This document shows positions 1-14,289 of a DNA stretch of 50,163 nucleotides, one piece after another. A program made the position numbers and the translations under genes. Below the pieces are notes generated by a model, which had not been told where the DNA came from, did no database searches, and worked only from the letters and a program-made list of their open reading frames with translations. Source of the stretch: Nemertoderma westbladi (taxonomy: Eukaryota; Animalia; Xenacoelomorpha); NCBI GenBank assembly GCA_032718475.1, contig JAUCBJ010007127.1, positions 1 to 50,163 of the forward strand, read 5' to 3'. The number at the start of each line of letters is the position of its first letter. Positions within the stretch are counted from its first letter, which is position 1.

Positions 1-361
1 ATGAATATGCTATGGTTGGTTGATGCAACGACACGAACCAATACGCGCGGGTGGTAACAGCTGTAGGAGTAAGGAGGGCATCGTGAGGTTAGGCTACGCG
101 TAGGTGATAGGCAGCGATTGGTTGAAGGTAACGAGGCGAATCAATATTGATGGTGACAGATGGTCATTAAACACCTCGATTTAAGGTAGAAATTTGGCAT
201 TTTTTAATTGCCTCCGAGATGTGGCCCGTAGCCCAGGCTAGGGAGGAGATAGCCGAGGGCTATGCTTCTCCTACTACTCACAATATCAGGAACTCATCCT
301 AACTGCTCAAGACCTTCCACAGAACACTGGAGTTATCGTAGTCCGAGAATACTTCAGACAG

Positions 362-958
362 TTGAATATGGATAACAAGTACACCTGGAACTTCGTTGCT
401 ATTTGCGATCGAATCACGAAAGGTGTATTTTCGGAGACTAGAAAAGTGTTACGCGCGCGAGGTGATTGGAGGATGGCGGCTATACAATACCGCCACGAAT
501 TCTTGTTGACTCATGTGCCAGTGGGGTCATTGACCGCTGAGAGGATACAGGAACAGAGGATCGCAGCGACCACAGCGACGACCGCTGGAGCTCAAGGCTC
601 GCGGAAAGAACCAGGAGGAGGGGTCCAAGACAAGCGTCAAGTCAAGGACGACCACTATCACTCTATTATAGAAGCACAAAGGTTGCAGCGCAAGGCGCAG
701 GGAGCGTCGGAAAAAGCGCGAGTGCAACTGCAGAAGGAAGAGTTGGCGGAAGCGACCACGGGAGCAAGACAATTGGGACGAGGCCGAGGGAGAAGTACCA
801 GCCGAGAGTCTGTTGGGGCTCAGGGAACATCGTCGCCGGTTCCGGGGAGTGACGCCTCACGGACGCCGTCAACAGAGTCTACAGGAGGTAGACTGGTGTA
901 TCTGGGAAAAGGGCGAAAGAGGGTAGCGAGCCCAAAGAACCCAGGAGCGGGTCGATGA
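362..958 (+). pseudogene. Degraded ORF of unknown (probably transposon-derived) origin
   Basis: 198-codon ORF from a TTG. The same frame continues upstream to about 198 but is interrupted by a TAG near 239. Low-complexity basic C-terminus; no recognisable domain. Confidence 0.25.
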
Positions 959-3900
959 TACATTATAGCACAGGGCGACAGCATCATCGATATGCATCAT
1001 CGTCGCTCTGATGTATATTGTAGCATTTAGAAATATTCGACTAGACTCATATACACTAGTTGAGCTGTTTTGAATTTATATTATGAGAGAGGCGAAGGAA
1101 GTGATTGGGGAGACAAACCTGCGGGTTTGGCTTACTCCTTTCACTTGCCCTAGCAAAATTTTTTATATTTGATCTTGTATGTAGTAATCATTATGTAGTA
1201 CGAACGAGAAACAATATTTTGTAAATTTAATTTGAATGAGAGAGATAATATTTGTAAATTTAATTTGTATGCAATTCATTATGCAATATCTATAGCAATA
1301 TTTTGTAAATAGTAGGATTTATAGTATCAAGTATTTAGATTATTTGGAAGAAATTTATTTGTTTTGTATACATCACCTTATACTCTTCTACAGTTGGAGG
1401 GAAACATTATATGATTTCCCTTGGAGCGGTGTTACGGTATATGGCGCTGTATCCACATTATTAGCCATTATGCAGTATAATATATTAGTCCGTTATACTG
1501 TACGCAATATTAGTCCGTTGTGCAGCATAATATTTTAGATAAGGCATAATAGCGAGGTGATATTTAGATAGGGAAATCAAAACGCCCATATATTTTGAAT
1601 TCATCCATTTTGTATAGTATGTAGCCCTACCTACGTAATTTTGTATTAGGATATAGGTAGATAGTTCCAGGGTAGCAAGTTTAGTCGGACCCTGGATTTT
1701 GTGCTTGCTGTTATTAGCTTCAATAGGGCTAGCATATAGGGACGCTATCCTGACCATTCCGCAGCCAGGGACATGATCCATTACCATATATGGTAATAAT
1801 TTGAGGGTTTGGGGAGCAATAGGGCTACAATCCGGCCTCCTTATTGGACTAACTGCTTCCAGGTTGGTCTAATGCTAGCGCGGACTGGAGAGCCAATAGG
1901 AGAGCGATTGAGTCACCCTATTGCATCACCCCACTCAGATCACCTATAAATTGGCGGTTTGCCGGTAGAGCTGTACCTTATTCACCTTACTCACCTACAA
2001 TCCCTATTCACCTTCTTGACGGATATTTGTACCATTAAGTTAGAAGTATAATTTAGCGTATTTCTGCAATTTTCTATCTTTTGATTAATTTCTCGAGATG
2101 ATTTGCTAGTGCGATTATTCTTGATTGCGTTTCTCAATCAACCCTATCGATTACTGCTAATTACAATCGGAACTATGATTTCTACCTATTTTGTTAATGG
2201 TTCTATGTGATTCCTTTCTACGCAATAATCCTAAGGGATTTCTGAGACTGTCAGACTTTGTGATTTTGCATGCGCCGCTACGGTAGCTATTAGCATAATG
2301 GAGGGCTAAGGTGCCAGTAGGCGGTGGGCACATCGGGGGGTTGAGCGACTAAGGGAGTGCGGAGGATTCAAAAGCGGGCAACGCTGGCTGGGGGTCACCG
2401 TTGCGGTCGGGCATTTCGCACTGTAACATGCAGACCATTCGCCGGTACAGTAACTAGGGGGCTGATGATCCAGGTTTCGTCTCTATTTAGTATTAGGGGG
2501 GCAGGAATCGGGTTAGTTAGGAAGCCTAGATGTATCCGGGAGAGGCCTGCGCGTATTACAGCGTGGAGTGTGGAGTACGAATAGTGAATCGCACAATTGT
2601 GGGCTATACAGTAGTTAACTGCATAATTGCGAACTGTGATTGCTGACGCTGATTGGACGGTGTGTTACTGAAGTGTGCCTATGATTATGAATGTTTAGGT
2701 AGGCGCCCCTTTCTCTTTGATTGATTTCTATTTCTTAGTTACAACAAATAATTACTGATTAGGTCAAAGTAATACGGCAATTTAGGCTATTACTAGCGAA
2801 ACCTGTTGCGTAATAAATTAGAATTACGCATTCTGGAACTCTTAGTAATTAGTACGCTGTTACATATTTGTGACTGTAATTGATTAATAAAATTAAGAAT
2901 TAGCACGCAGCATAGCGGAGAGTAGCTAAGGTAATAATTAGAGTACTGTAAACTATTCACGCTGAGCGGTTATTTGCATTAGCGGGCAATAAGCCAGATC
3001 GCATTATTCAGTACGCACAATACGCTAGTAATTTGCTGGCCTAAAGCCAGCGGCAGGCAAGTTTAGACCCAGAGCGGTATTATCCACGTAGAAACAAATT
3101 ACTGTATCATTTTGATTATTTTAAATATTCTCGCATTCACACATTACGTTAGGGAACCCCCAGTATTCGCGATTAGAAAAGACGTAGGCAATAGCGTGCT
3201 TTAATAGTGATAAAATTAGGCGTAAGAATACTCTGAGTGCAAAGCCTCTCGCACTCGTCTTAAGTAAGCTTAGGGAGCCGACTCGGGTTTATTGTTTTGG
3301 TTATTCCCGCGTGGCTCATAGATTCGAACAGTTAGCTCTCTGTCGAGCAATCGGTAGAGAAAGGAACAAGCGATTTTGCAGGAGCCGTGTAAATTTAGTA
3401 AATTATATTAGCGGACGGCAGATTAGCGCCATCTAACGGTAAGTAGCGGTTTTGTATTTAGCAACCTTTACAATTTAGTAATATCACGCTCCTGATCCCC
3501 TTTACTTAACAGTAGAGCAGTCTTTGTGTCTTATTGGTTAGGCGAGAGCTCATTAGGTTGGCAGAAAGGTATTAACGGGTATTTGTCTGTTCAACAGTTC
3601 TGCTGTTAGTATAGGTGTCGCGGTTGTTTATCACCTGTTGAAATGGGAACCGAATCTACAAAATCTTCTCACTCTGGATCTCGAGGGAGAATATTAGTAT
3701 GCAACACCGCCAGTATAATATACAAAGAATGTTCCCACATAGCCCGTGTAAATGCAGATGTAAATGAATTGGGGTTGAGCTGATAATGAAACTGTAATTA
3801 AAGATGTAATATTATGGTTTAACCCCCGGTGACGCGCTTTCTTATTTTTTCCATTTCTGAACAAAACCATAATATTAAATGTCGATGTACTCAGAATGTC

Positions 3901-4089
3901 CCCTATTTCCCCAATATGACTTAAAATGTCCGCTGATTTCTCTCTCCATATTTCTCTATGGTAACTAATTCGATTTCTTATATAGAAGATTTCTAAAAGA
4001 TAAAAACTGTAGTAGCATTTTTCATTAGTCTTCTTCTCCCTACGTAGTAATAGCAAAAAAATCAGTTACAAATAAAACAATTGCCAGCC

Positions 4090-5300
4090 ACATTTTAACA
4101 ATCCCATTCCATTACCATTAAGATGAACCAGCTCGATAATGGGTCTCCTTGTTTCACGCCCTGTGAGATTACTACCGATTCACTCAGTTCATTGAGGTTA
4201 GGACTCTCAGGTGAGTTCTTGATTCGCTGTAGAGGAACTATTTAATGAAGGGATGCAGGATCCCCAGCCGTGCTTGGACCTGGGACCTCCGGGAACAGGG
4301 AGGGATGAGTAAAGGGAGACGAGCCACATATATGACGGTTCTGATGTGCATGCTTCAACATGCTGAGCAGCAGCCAGTTGGTACCCCTGTATTCATTGCA
4401 TGAAGGCATTTGCTAATAGCTAAGCTACTGTAGCTTGCATTTGGCTTGACAACAGTATGTGTTGTGATAATGGTGATCAGTCTATGTTGCTCGGCCCATG
4501 CTGAGTTATCTAGCTTTGGGTTCAAAATAGTTACATCTTGTCTTAATCTCCGAGGTTAGTAGTATCCTGCAAGTAACCACGTGATGAAGTGACCTGAAAG
4601 GTGGTCAGAAGGGATCCGCCATCCAGTCCAGAACTGGAATCCATTATCATCTCCATGAGCAGGTTTTACGGGTCAAAATGAGAAATGAGCTCCCAACACG
4701 TTTGGTTAACTTGTTTCAGAATCCTTTTATCAAGTGCGCTTTGTGTGTCAAACATGGTGGCCCAGAAATATTTTTATCCTATGGCATTGATTTCTGTTCA
4801 TTAGAACATGTACCTTAGAGGATTGACTCAATCCAACACTTCGAGTTTTTCTTCATTAGGTATTGCTCCCTCTGATAGTAGTACCTCCTCCTTTTTTAGC
4901 GCTCTATCCGGTGGAGGGCGCGGTGTCCTCCTGGTCTGGTCTGATCTTTGACCTTTGGCAGTTCGGCTCCTTGGTATGAATGCTTCGAATGAGCTTTCGA
5001 TGCAATCTTTTGTTTCTTGCCTGAGGTTCCCATGGTTCTGACTAATATTGAATAGCATCTCATGATCTCTCATGGGGAACTTCTGAAGAAGTTTTATGCC
5101 AATCAATCCAGTTGGCTTCATCCTGTTGTATCTCCGATTCCTCTGATCCCCAATTTCCAGTATCATTGAATAGCTGGGTGCGAACAGGTTGGTTCTTTAC
5201 AGTAGTGGGCTGCTGCCGTCGTAATAACTTATTTTATATAAATTGATCATCCCAAGCGGGATGATTCTACATCTCAGGATCATTTCTGCATTGGCTGCAT
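4090..5300 (-). mobile_element. Decayed non-LTR retrotransposon reverse transcriptase (R2/NeSL-like) fragment
   Basis: Minus strand around 4130-4190 translates ELSESVVISQGVKQGDPLSSW, the RT GVxQGDPLS motif. Surrounding frames are broken by stops; extent approximate. Confidence 0.5.
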
Positions 5301-6499
5301 AGTAGCTGCCTCGGAGATAAATGTCGAGCTCTGGCTCGGTGTAAATGCTGCACCTACACGTACTGTATGCCTACTCCTACCCACCTACACCCACTTGTAG
5401 GCAGGTTAGTAAAGAAGCAGGTTACATACTGTAGGCGGATGGAAACAAACCAAAACAATATACGAGAGTTATGAATATTGAAGAAAACCCATCTTAATTC
5501 AGAACCAACAGACAGTTAAAAGTAAAACTAAAGTAAATTAATTTTCTTCAGCGTTAGGCAAGAGATTACTACGCACAAAGTCTGACGACTTATTTCCAGT
5601 GCGGTCCCTCCAGAACTTTACTCCTCAGAGGAAACTCCAGTACTCATTTAGCTACCATTTAAGGATGCAAGGCAGAGATGCGCCCAGGCTAGCCCCCTTC
5701 AAAGCATTCTTGCCGAAACGAAAACTGATGTGAAGTCAATGCAACCACTACCCCAAGATGGCACCTACAGTATGTATGTATAGGCGATGTGTCTACCGGT
5801 TTACGGTACATGTGCGTGTTGGCATAGCCTGCGCATGTGCAGGCGGCTCACCCAGAAAAAACCGGTGTGACTCAAAAATATATATGTTACGAATCATATT
5901 TCATGAAATATAATTTTCAAAAAACGTCTCAAAAAAAGTGCCAAAAGTAGGGTTAAATAATGGTGTTATAACTCGAAAACCTCCAAATATATTTTAAAAA
6001 ACCGTTTTAACTTTTAGAAAGAAATATATTTTTAGGAAATGTCATAAAATTTCAGATTCCCAACTGCGTTTGTTTCAGAGTTTTATTAGGGTTAGGCCAA
6101 ACATTGTCAAATTTTTGCTTTTCTGGGCGAGTGTGAATAAAACTCGTGACTAATCGACATCTTAAATTTTTCCATCGTAGAAATTTCAACCTTCGTTGCA
6201 TCGATAATTAAAAAATGAGAATTACAATTTAATCAAGGAAGTATGCCTGATTCTATCCTTTTTTGTTCACAAATTTGAAAAAGTAAACTTTATTTTGAAA
6301 ATTATTGTTCTATAACATAACTTTATTAATTCATCGCTAACGTTCTAACTAAAGGCCAACATGAAGTACAGTATGTTATAGAGCAACGAATGGTCTACAC
6401 TACGTTTTCCCGCATTGCCGATTGGTAACAAACTTGAAATGACGTAATTGATCAACGCATAAAGTAGCAGATTTGGTTTATTGGTATGGAACTAATTTC

Positions 6500-6770
6500 G
6501 CACTACCAAATCGCCAGGACGACATATTTCCTAACTTTATATCGCAGAGCGACATTATTTCTCAGTATGTCCCAACGCAATATATTTACTATGTATTTCA
6601 GTATATCCAGTATGTCACCGCGTCATTATTAGGTTGTTCTAGAAAGTTTAAGTGCAAAACTACAAATAATTCTACCACATAAATCTTTTACGGCCCTCGT
6701 TCTATTATTTCACTAAACAAAATCACTCGTGCCGTAACGCTATAATGTGCTATTTTATGAGCAACGACGT
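6500..6770. repeat. Dispersed repeat; partial direct copy at ~7328-7395 and inverted copy at ~9665-9915
   Basis: CAGTATGTCCC..TTTACTATGTATTTC..CAGTATATCCAGTATGTCACCGC recurs at 6563 and 7328. TTCTAGAACAACCTAATAATGACGCGGTGACATACTGGA at ~9827 is the reverse complement of ~6605-6643. Confidence 0.7.
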
Positions 6771-6922
6771 AATATAGTTAGTATTTAATTGCTCTAAATG
6801 TTGGGTCGAAATGCCGGCGTTTAATGATTTCCCTAGAGAACTCCAACCCAACCACTGATCAGATGTGGGCAGAGGATTTACAGAATTTAATAAACAATTT
6901 CAATTAATCATATTTCCTAACA

Positions 6923-7330
6923 GGTTACAGAGTTGAAAGAGTTAGTTTACAGGTTACATGATACAGAGATAGGGAATTCAGCCATTACACAGTATCAGCA
7001 AATGGCTCCTGGGTTAATAAAGCAAAAAGATGGGCTGAAGATTCAACAAAGAGTTGATGGATCTGTTGACTTCTATCGCAACTGGGATGAATATGTTGAA
7101 GGATTTGGTGACCCGAATACCAACTTTTGGTTGGGGTTGGAGACGATCCACAAGCTGAGTAAAGCCGGGGTGCAGTTGAGGGTCGATTTGTGGTTCAACA
7201 ACGAACACAAATACGCGGAATACAACAACTTCTCTATCGGATCAGCTGCAACTAATTATCGCTTACATGTATCCGGTTACCATGGTACTGCTGGTGACGC
7301 ATTGGAGTATCACAACGGTCAGCCATTCAG
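6923..7330 (+). pseudogene. Truncated fibrinogen-related domain (FReD) exon/pseudogene
   Basis: IQQRVDGSVDFYRNWDEYVEGFGD..NFWLGLETIHKL..LRVDL..KYAEY..F.IG.....YRLHVSGYHGTAGDAL.YHNGQPFS. Homology stops at PFS where a dispersed repeat begins; the C-terminal TxDxDND/WWY part is missing. Acceptor-like CCTAACAG ends at 6922. Confidence 0.75.
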
Positions 7331-9048
7331 TATGTCCCTACGCCATACATTTTACTATGTATTTCCAGTATATCCAGTATGTCACCGCATCATTCTAAAT
7401 ATAATTACATGACGTCATTCGAATACACACTATACACCTAGTCCTGGAAAATATTTTCACCCATGACACCAATATTAAATTACTTGTTAATGAATCCAAC
7501 TGCACATGCAGATTTTTGACAAGATAGTATAACAAATCAGCCTTTATCACTTCTCATGTTCTAGAAACTGGATAATAAGTATCTTAAGATGATTCTGATT
7601 GTGAGATATTCACCAACCCATTAGTGGAGGTGGAAACGTTCCAGAACAAACTACAAGCAGCTACTGATAAAATGGTTCATCATGCATATGTGAATGTACA
7701 TATTAACTGGTATAGTGGTTGCCTGATGGCAGAAATCAGTAACTAACTAATTGGGGGAAGTTTCATTTATATCCGGTTTACTCTTAATATTATGCGAATT
7801 CTTTGATTTTTTAGGTGAGGAAAAGATGGAGTCATTATATTCCCCATCAAATCGAAAACTGTTGTATTCTTCATGAACTTTCACTGCTCATTAAGGCAAT
7901 CAAAGGAGCGGAGTTGCTTTTAATTGCCACCTGTGTTACATGGGATTAGATACAGCGGGTGGCATGTGTTACAATTATATGGATGGAGGGAGGTTCAGTA
8001 AGTTTAAGGACAAGTGTTCTATTTATTATATAACATAAAAGAGAGATGGTTGTTCAGTGTAGTTTGGAATAAATATTTAAGCTTGGATGTTGTTTTATTG
8101 CATTTTGCTAAAAATATTCCAAAATGTGTGTCCCAAATGTGCCACTAAACTCAAAAATATCAACCAAAATATCCATAAATCCTTAGGCCTACTGCTAAAT
8201 GAGTAGGCCTGCCTAGGCCAAACAGTTTCATCTCTGGTGTGTGATTTCAAGTGGGAGACCGCACTGGAAATGAGTCGCCAAACTATATTTGATGACTGAA
8301 GGTCAATAAATCTTTACTTTTGAATTGTTAGGATTGGATACAGTTGCAACAGTTGAGAATCTCCCATACCGTTGTATCTGATGAATCACTCGTATTCGCG
8401 TTCCTCCAACTTCACTAGAGAGAATCGTTACAAGCTGCAATCCGAGTATTGAAACAAAGCCTATCTGATCCTCTGGAATCTCGCTACTGAATCATTTACA
8501 TCTGCGTCCTGATGTAATCTCGGTTCCTCCCACAGTACCAGTACAAACCGAACCACTCAACTCTATTCCATAGTAGAGCGATCATCCAACCGGGATGGGC
8601 AGATGTGGGAAATCAATAAACTTATCAGCCTCACATTTCCCTAAGGCAGTGTGATCCCGATATTCCCTAAATCCCATTTCAGCAACGAATCGGCACATTT
8701 TTCCCATCTGGACAAACCAAATATTCCCAAAACGTGCTCCTTCAATTAAACTTTACCAAAATAAATTAGTTCAGTTTGTAATCATACAGTTTAGGCCTAT
8801 TATAGTAACCCATAAAATAAAACGATTTGATACCCAGAGGATGAGGTGCAGTTACGACTAAATCCTAGTAGTCCTAACGTAGCATGAGATGCGTTCCCAG
8901 TAGGGTAATCTTACACCAGTAAGCCTAAAGGTCCTGTAATAGTCATTAACCTTTGCAAATTAATGACCTCATTTTAATACCGGATGGATTATTTATTTGC
9001 TTTTACCTTAATCGCTTTTACCTATTGTTTCTCTTGAAGTTCCCAGGT

Positions 9049-9567
9049 CAATAATGGGATAAATAGGAAGCCCAGAGTTCGACCAATAATGGGATAAATA
9101 GGAAGCCCAGAGTTCGACCAATAATGGGATAAATAGGAAGCCCAGAGTTCGACCAATAATGGGATAAATAGGAAGCCCAGAGTTGACCAATGGGATAAAT
9201 AGGAAGCCCAGAGTTCGACCAATAATGGGATAAATAGGAAGCCCAGAGTTGACCAATGGGATAAATAGGAAGCCCAGAGTTCGAATAATAATGGGATAAA
9301 TAGGAAGCCCAGAGTTCGACCAATAATGGGATAAATAGGAAGCCCAGAGTTCGACCAATAATGGGATAAATAGGAAGCCCAGAGTTCGACCAATAATGGG
9401 ATAAATAGGAAGCCCAGAGTTCGACCAATAATGGGATAAATAGGAAGCCCAGAGTTCGACCAATAATGCGATAAATAGGAAGCCCAGAGTTCGACCAATA
9501 ATGGTATAAATTGGAAGCCCAGAGTTCGACCAATAATGGGATAAATAGGTATTCCGGAGTTCGACCA
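9049..9567. repeat. 35-bp minisatellite, ~15 copies (CCAATAATGGGATAAATAGGAAGCCCAGAGTTCGA)
   Basis: Head-to-tail copies with no unique spacers; two shortened variants. Confidence 0.95.
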
Positions 9568-12199
9568 TCTCAGACTTGAATCGGATCCAAAAGAATTCAC
9601 TCACATTCAAGTCTCACCCGTTGCGCTGTATGTTTGAACATTTACTAACTATATTATACGTCTTTGTTCATAAAATAGCACTTTAAAGCGTTACGGTTTA
9701 GGACACGAGTGATGTTGAAACGAATAACAAAACGAGGGTCGTAAAAGTTTAATGTGCTAATTATGAACACTGGCGAATCTAATTTTATTTATTTGTGCGG
9801 AATTATTTGTATTTATGCACTTAACGTTCTAGAACAACCTAATAATGACGCGGTGACATACTGGAAATAATGTCGCACTGCGATGTAAAGTTGGAATATA
9901 TGTCGCCCTCGACAAATTAATTCCCCACAAAAAAATATATAAAAATAATTTCAGTACTGGTAAAGCAATGCAATTCTAGTAACATAGTCCAATGACTCAC
10001 TGAGTGAGTTTAATCAGGTTAAATGTTCTTACTTTCTATTCATCGCATGTTGGGGGTGTTAATTAATTAAAGTCTGAATGTAATAGTAGAATATTTCTAC
10101 TCTATTGCGTATCCAGTTGGCCAAATAACACGAAATGCCCATAATTCTACCCACAACATTATTTGTAATCAATTATAATTTAGAAGCAGAATTTGTCCAG
10201 TTTTTAACAAGGACGACTGGCTGTATCCGTTGTTAGTAACGCGTTCAGCTCCCTGCTGCCTACCCTACCGGTACTGGAGTGCAGTAAACCGACTCACACT
10301 GCTGTCGCTAATTGGTCCTCTATTATGTGTCCATAGCTGCTGATCCTCATTAGTGGCTAGGAATAACAGGACTACAGTCTGGCTAAAACAACTTCCTACA
10401 AAAAATATCGATAATCAAGCAATTTAATCTTCTGAAATGACCTGAGCTGTTCAAATAATTCGGGATGCTTTACAAACTCTGTTTGGTTTTATTTCTTAAA
10501 ATTAATTTATTTAGTTTGTTTTAATTTTTTTTTGTTTTGCTGTCTTCTTATACATATTTCACGCTATATTGCTGAGCACTATTGTATAATCACGTAGAAT
10601 GTCACACTGCTGATAAGGCGGGGTAGTGATAGAAGAGACCAACTGGTACTGCTATACATTATATTCAGATAAAATATTTGTTACTTTCAACTCCTTATTC
10701 TTTTTGAACTTATTGAGCTTTAAAAAATTATTTTTTTCTTCAGACGTCAAGCCAGGGATTACGCACAAAGTCTCTTAGGGTAGGTTATTCTGTCTGTGCA
10801 GCTATATTGCAGCCCCTCCTACTAATCTCTTTACAGTGTAAGACCCCAGATCCCTTAAGTTTGGGTTAACTATTGGGTTAATTACATCAGATCATCATTA
10901 CATCAAATACATCCGATACAATGTTCACTTTACAAACGAGGCATTGTAATACATCGGTAGTAATATAACAAGCCACACCCTGCAGTAACGACGTAGTTTC
11001 GTCGGTTTTATCTTTCATGCTGTCGTATAACTTTTTCCTGTGTAACAATTTGGTCTACTGTATTGTGGTAGGCCGGTAAGATGGAAAGTGGATGACAGCC
11101 AATAATATTCCTAAACGTGTGCTAAAAATAGAACTGCATGCCTCATTGCGTTGCTTGGTTACAGTGGACTTGCACTTAAACAATATATCCGACACTAGTA
11201 CAGCCTCCTCTGTACGCGAACTTAAAAATAAAAACGCATAACAGAGATACTCTCGAGCAGAAAAACACGTCCTACTTTAATGGACTTTCTTTGTAAGGCC
11301 ACATTACCATAAATTATGAAGGCCATAGTTTGACGCATTCTATTAAGCCGGACTATGTTTGTTTGCTACGGGCTAACATTGTGAATAGCGGAGTTTTGAC
11401 AGGTCCATCATTAAAAACAAGCCTGAATCTGCCCTAGTACAGTAGGCCTATTTAATCAACAGTATTCTCCCGGTGGTGGTAGAGTAGTTTCCCCTCTAAA
11501 GTAAATCCTTATAATCTGAAAAAAACATTAATTTCCTTTATTTTTCAAGCAATTATTATTCATATTTACAGTAACTGATGGTACCGGTACGGCAGTAGAT
11601 TAAACCGCGATGATTAATCTACATTATTCCCCCTCATACAATCACGTATTATATAGTTTTCTATGGTTGGCCTACCATTGTTTATCAACCAGGAGGGTTC
11701 CATCCCACCGGCCAACCAACCCAACCAACTCACAATGGATCCACCGCTATTCTACTGGCTGTAAGTTTTTTATGCTCCACTTTGAATCTCCCAGGTAACA
11801 GAGCGTCCTGAGGCTTCCCAACGATGTCCCTCCTTATCTCTATATAAGAAACGTAACCCTAACCAACACAAGTATTATTATTCATCACGTAAACGCTCAC
11901 GCTACAACCAACGACTACTTTCATTATTGAGTTCGATTAGTAATTTGATCTAATTAATATTTTGAAATATTATTTATTTTATTTCGAAATGTTTAAGGTG
12001 TAACTTCATCGGTATTAAATATTGTCTTTATTTGAATTAATTATTCAAGTTAATTAAACAAAAAGCTTAAACTGGTTTGTAATAAATTACTAAACTTAAA
12101 AACAATAATTTTGATATACTTATAGCATCAATTAGCTAATAGAATCCTTCAGATATTACATTATTCCTTGCGTGGAAGAATATAGTAAATGTTTTAACA

Positions 12200-12690
12200 G
12201 ATTCGAGTTGGTAATATTCTTGTCATCAATAATATGATAACCAAATGGAATCAGGAGGGGTTTCCTAAAAGTTACCAAATTCTTTATACTTATTCTTTTT
12301 ACTTTACATAATCGTCTCCAGAAAATGTGAGAGTTGTGACTGAACGAAAATTATCATGAAAGTGCGTCACAAGATGGGGATTCCGGTGATGTGAATTGAA
12401 TTGTAATTGAATCATGTACTGTACAGTTTGTTCATTTTCAATAGTAAATTTAATTCTAAAATATATGGAAGCAATCGGATGAATTGTCTTTGTTTGAATT
12501 GACTTCTGGGGAGAAATTTTTTAAATTGCTAATTATACAAAATCCTCAATGATACTAGTTGGGCATCAGTTGGATTATTGATGACAATAAAATTTCCTAC
12601 CAAAATCATCCAAAACATTTACTATATATACTAACTCCCATGCCCATGCAAGGCTCAGTGACAAAACGGTTAATATGTGCCTGACTACTA
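12200..12690. repeat. Dispersed decayed repeat (possibly LINE-derived); second copy ~42380-42725
   Basis: Shared blocks TAAATTGCTAATTAT.CAAAATCCTCAATGATA and CCAAAATCATCCAAAACATTTACTATATATACTAACTCCCATGCCC..CAGTGACAAAACGGTTAATAT. Confidence 0.6.
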
Positions 12691-13870
12691 GGCGGTCGGT
12701 GCCATCTTGGTTCTATCTGAAGCATTCTAACAGCACTGTTGTCTGTTGAATTTTGATGGTGATGCTTGTCGACATGAGAAAGCCATGGGAATCCTTCCTA
12801 TCAACTTTATCAATGATTGCATGCAATGTCTCTCCCTGTGGTTATTATATTCGGTAATTAATTAAATTAACTACCGGTAGGCTATTTTTCAATTTTGGTT
12901 CCTAGGAATTTTGTGATATTGTGATCGTTTTTAGCTGCAAAACAAAAATCATAACTACGGGTTTTCAAGAATAGGGTATGTTTACATTATTGGTACATTA
13001 ATGCGATTTAGTGTGGATGAGGGTGCACACACTAGCGCACCTGTACATCAGACAATATAACGCTTAGGGATATATAAGCCTTACTCAATCACTCCGAGCA
13101 CAGGACACCATCCTCGACCAGTTGCCATAATAACCAGAAATCAATAAATTAATAGATTTACGACTGGGGGATTCGCTTGCTTTGCGCTTCTTAGATAATA
13201 ATTCATGTTTTCCCTTTTGTCTGGGTCGTTTAATTTTTGGTGACAGTATTGTTGACCTGGACAAAATAGATATTCATCGCTGTCCAATATATTGTGCTGA
13301 TGCACACAAAGAGCAATTAATTTGTGTTCGAGATAAACTAGACATCTCTCAAAAAAACCTCATGGTTAATTTGCTTTTCTTACAGCTAATGCAGAAAGCT
13401 TCTGATGTACTGCACATTACTATGACACGTAGACAACCTTGAATGCCTAACCTACTAATTCCATCAAACACTTCAATTAAATCCATATCTCTTCATTGTC
13501 TTTCACTAATTAATAATTCATCATTAATACCACCTACGTAAACAGAAACATGAAACTCTCTAAAAAGAAATCGTCTCAAAGGATTATTAATCACTTTCAC
13601 TTTATGGTAACACTGACACCGGATACCTCCAACCCCCCGAACCTCCAACAATAAATTACTCAATCAATACATATACATCATCCTTGACGATGACAGGCCA
13701 ATTGAATTAATTTGCTCCGAAACTCAAGATAAATTGATGTGTCAAATCGTGTTTGTTTTCTATTAGAAATTGTAATCGATTATTAACGAAACTAGATTAA
13801 CGAAACGACAGGTTGTATTTTGAGATAATTGAAGCAGTTTAGGTTCTTGGAAATTACTCCAAGAATATGA

Positions 13871-14225
13871 CTATTACTACTAGGTCGAGCGAACTCGGAC
13901 AGTGGAAATGAGATTCTTCCAGGCTTCCCGATTCTCCATAGTTGTCGCAATTTCATTTCTCTCAAGTGCAGTGGCTAGCTTTCCTTGTGTTGGTTGCCAG
14001 AAAAGTAGATCTGGTTTGATCTCATATTTACTTCTCCAGCAGTGCCCACTGAATCTTAATCTGCGTTCACGGAGGGTGGTTGATACAGGTGGTATTGTAC
14101 CATAAAGCTCGGCGTTTGTCATGTGTTGTCTCCAGCTGATGTTTAGGGCTGCCCTTAGTAGTGTTGTGTAGCAACCATAAATTCGATTTTCAAGTGATGT
14201 TCATGTCTCACTTCCGTATATAAGC
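13871..14225 (-). mobile_element. RTE-clade LINE 3' fragment (family A)
   Basis: MTNAELYG..RERRLRFSGHCWRS..LLFWQP with a short (TAG)n-like tail; nearly identical to 43002-43540 and 49260-49592. Confidence 0.85.
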
Positions 14226-14289
14226 GCTGAATGAATGAATTGTGGAAATATACTTTTGCCACCACCATGCAATCCACAATTGGCATGCA

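Noticed and set aside
9008-9610. 35-bp repeats resembling a CRISPR array, and three overlapping long ORFs
   Set aside because: Units are head-to-tail with no unique spacers and no cas genes, in eukaryotic context; the ORFs are artefacts of a stop-free repeat strand.
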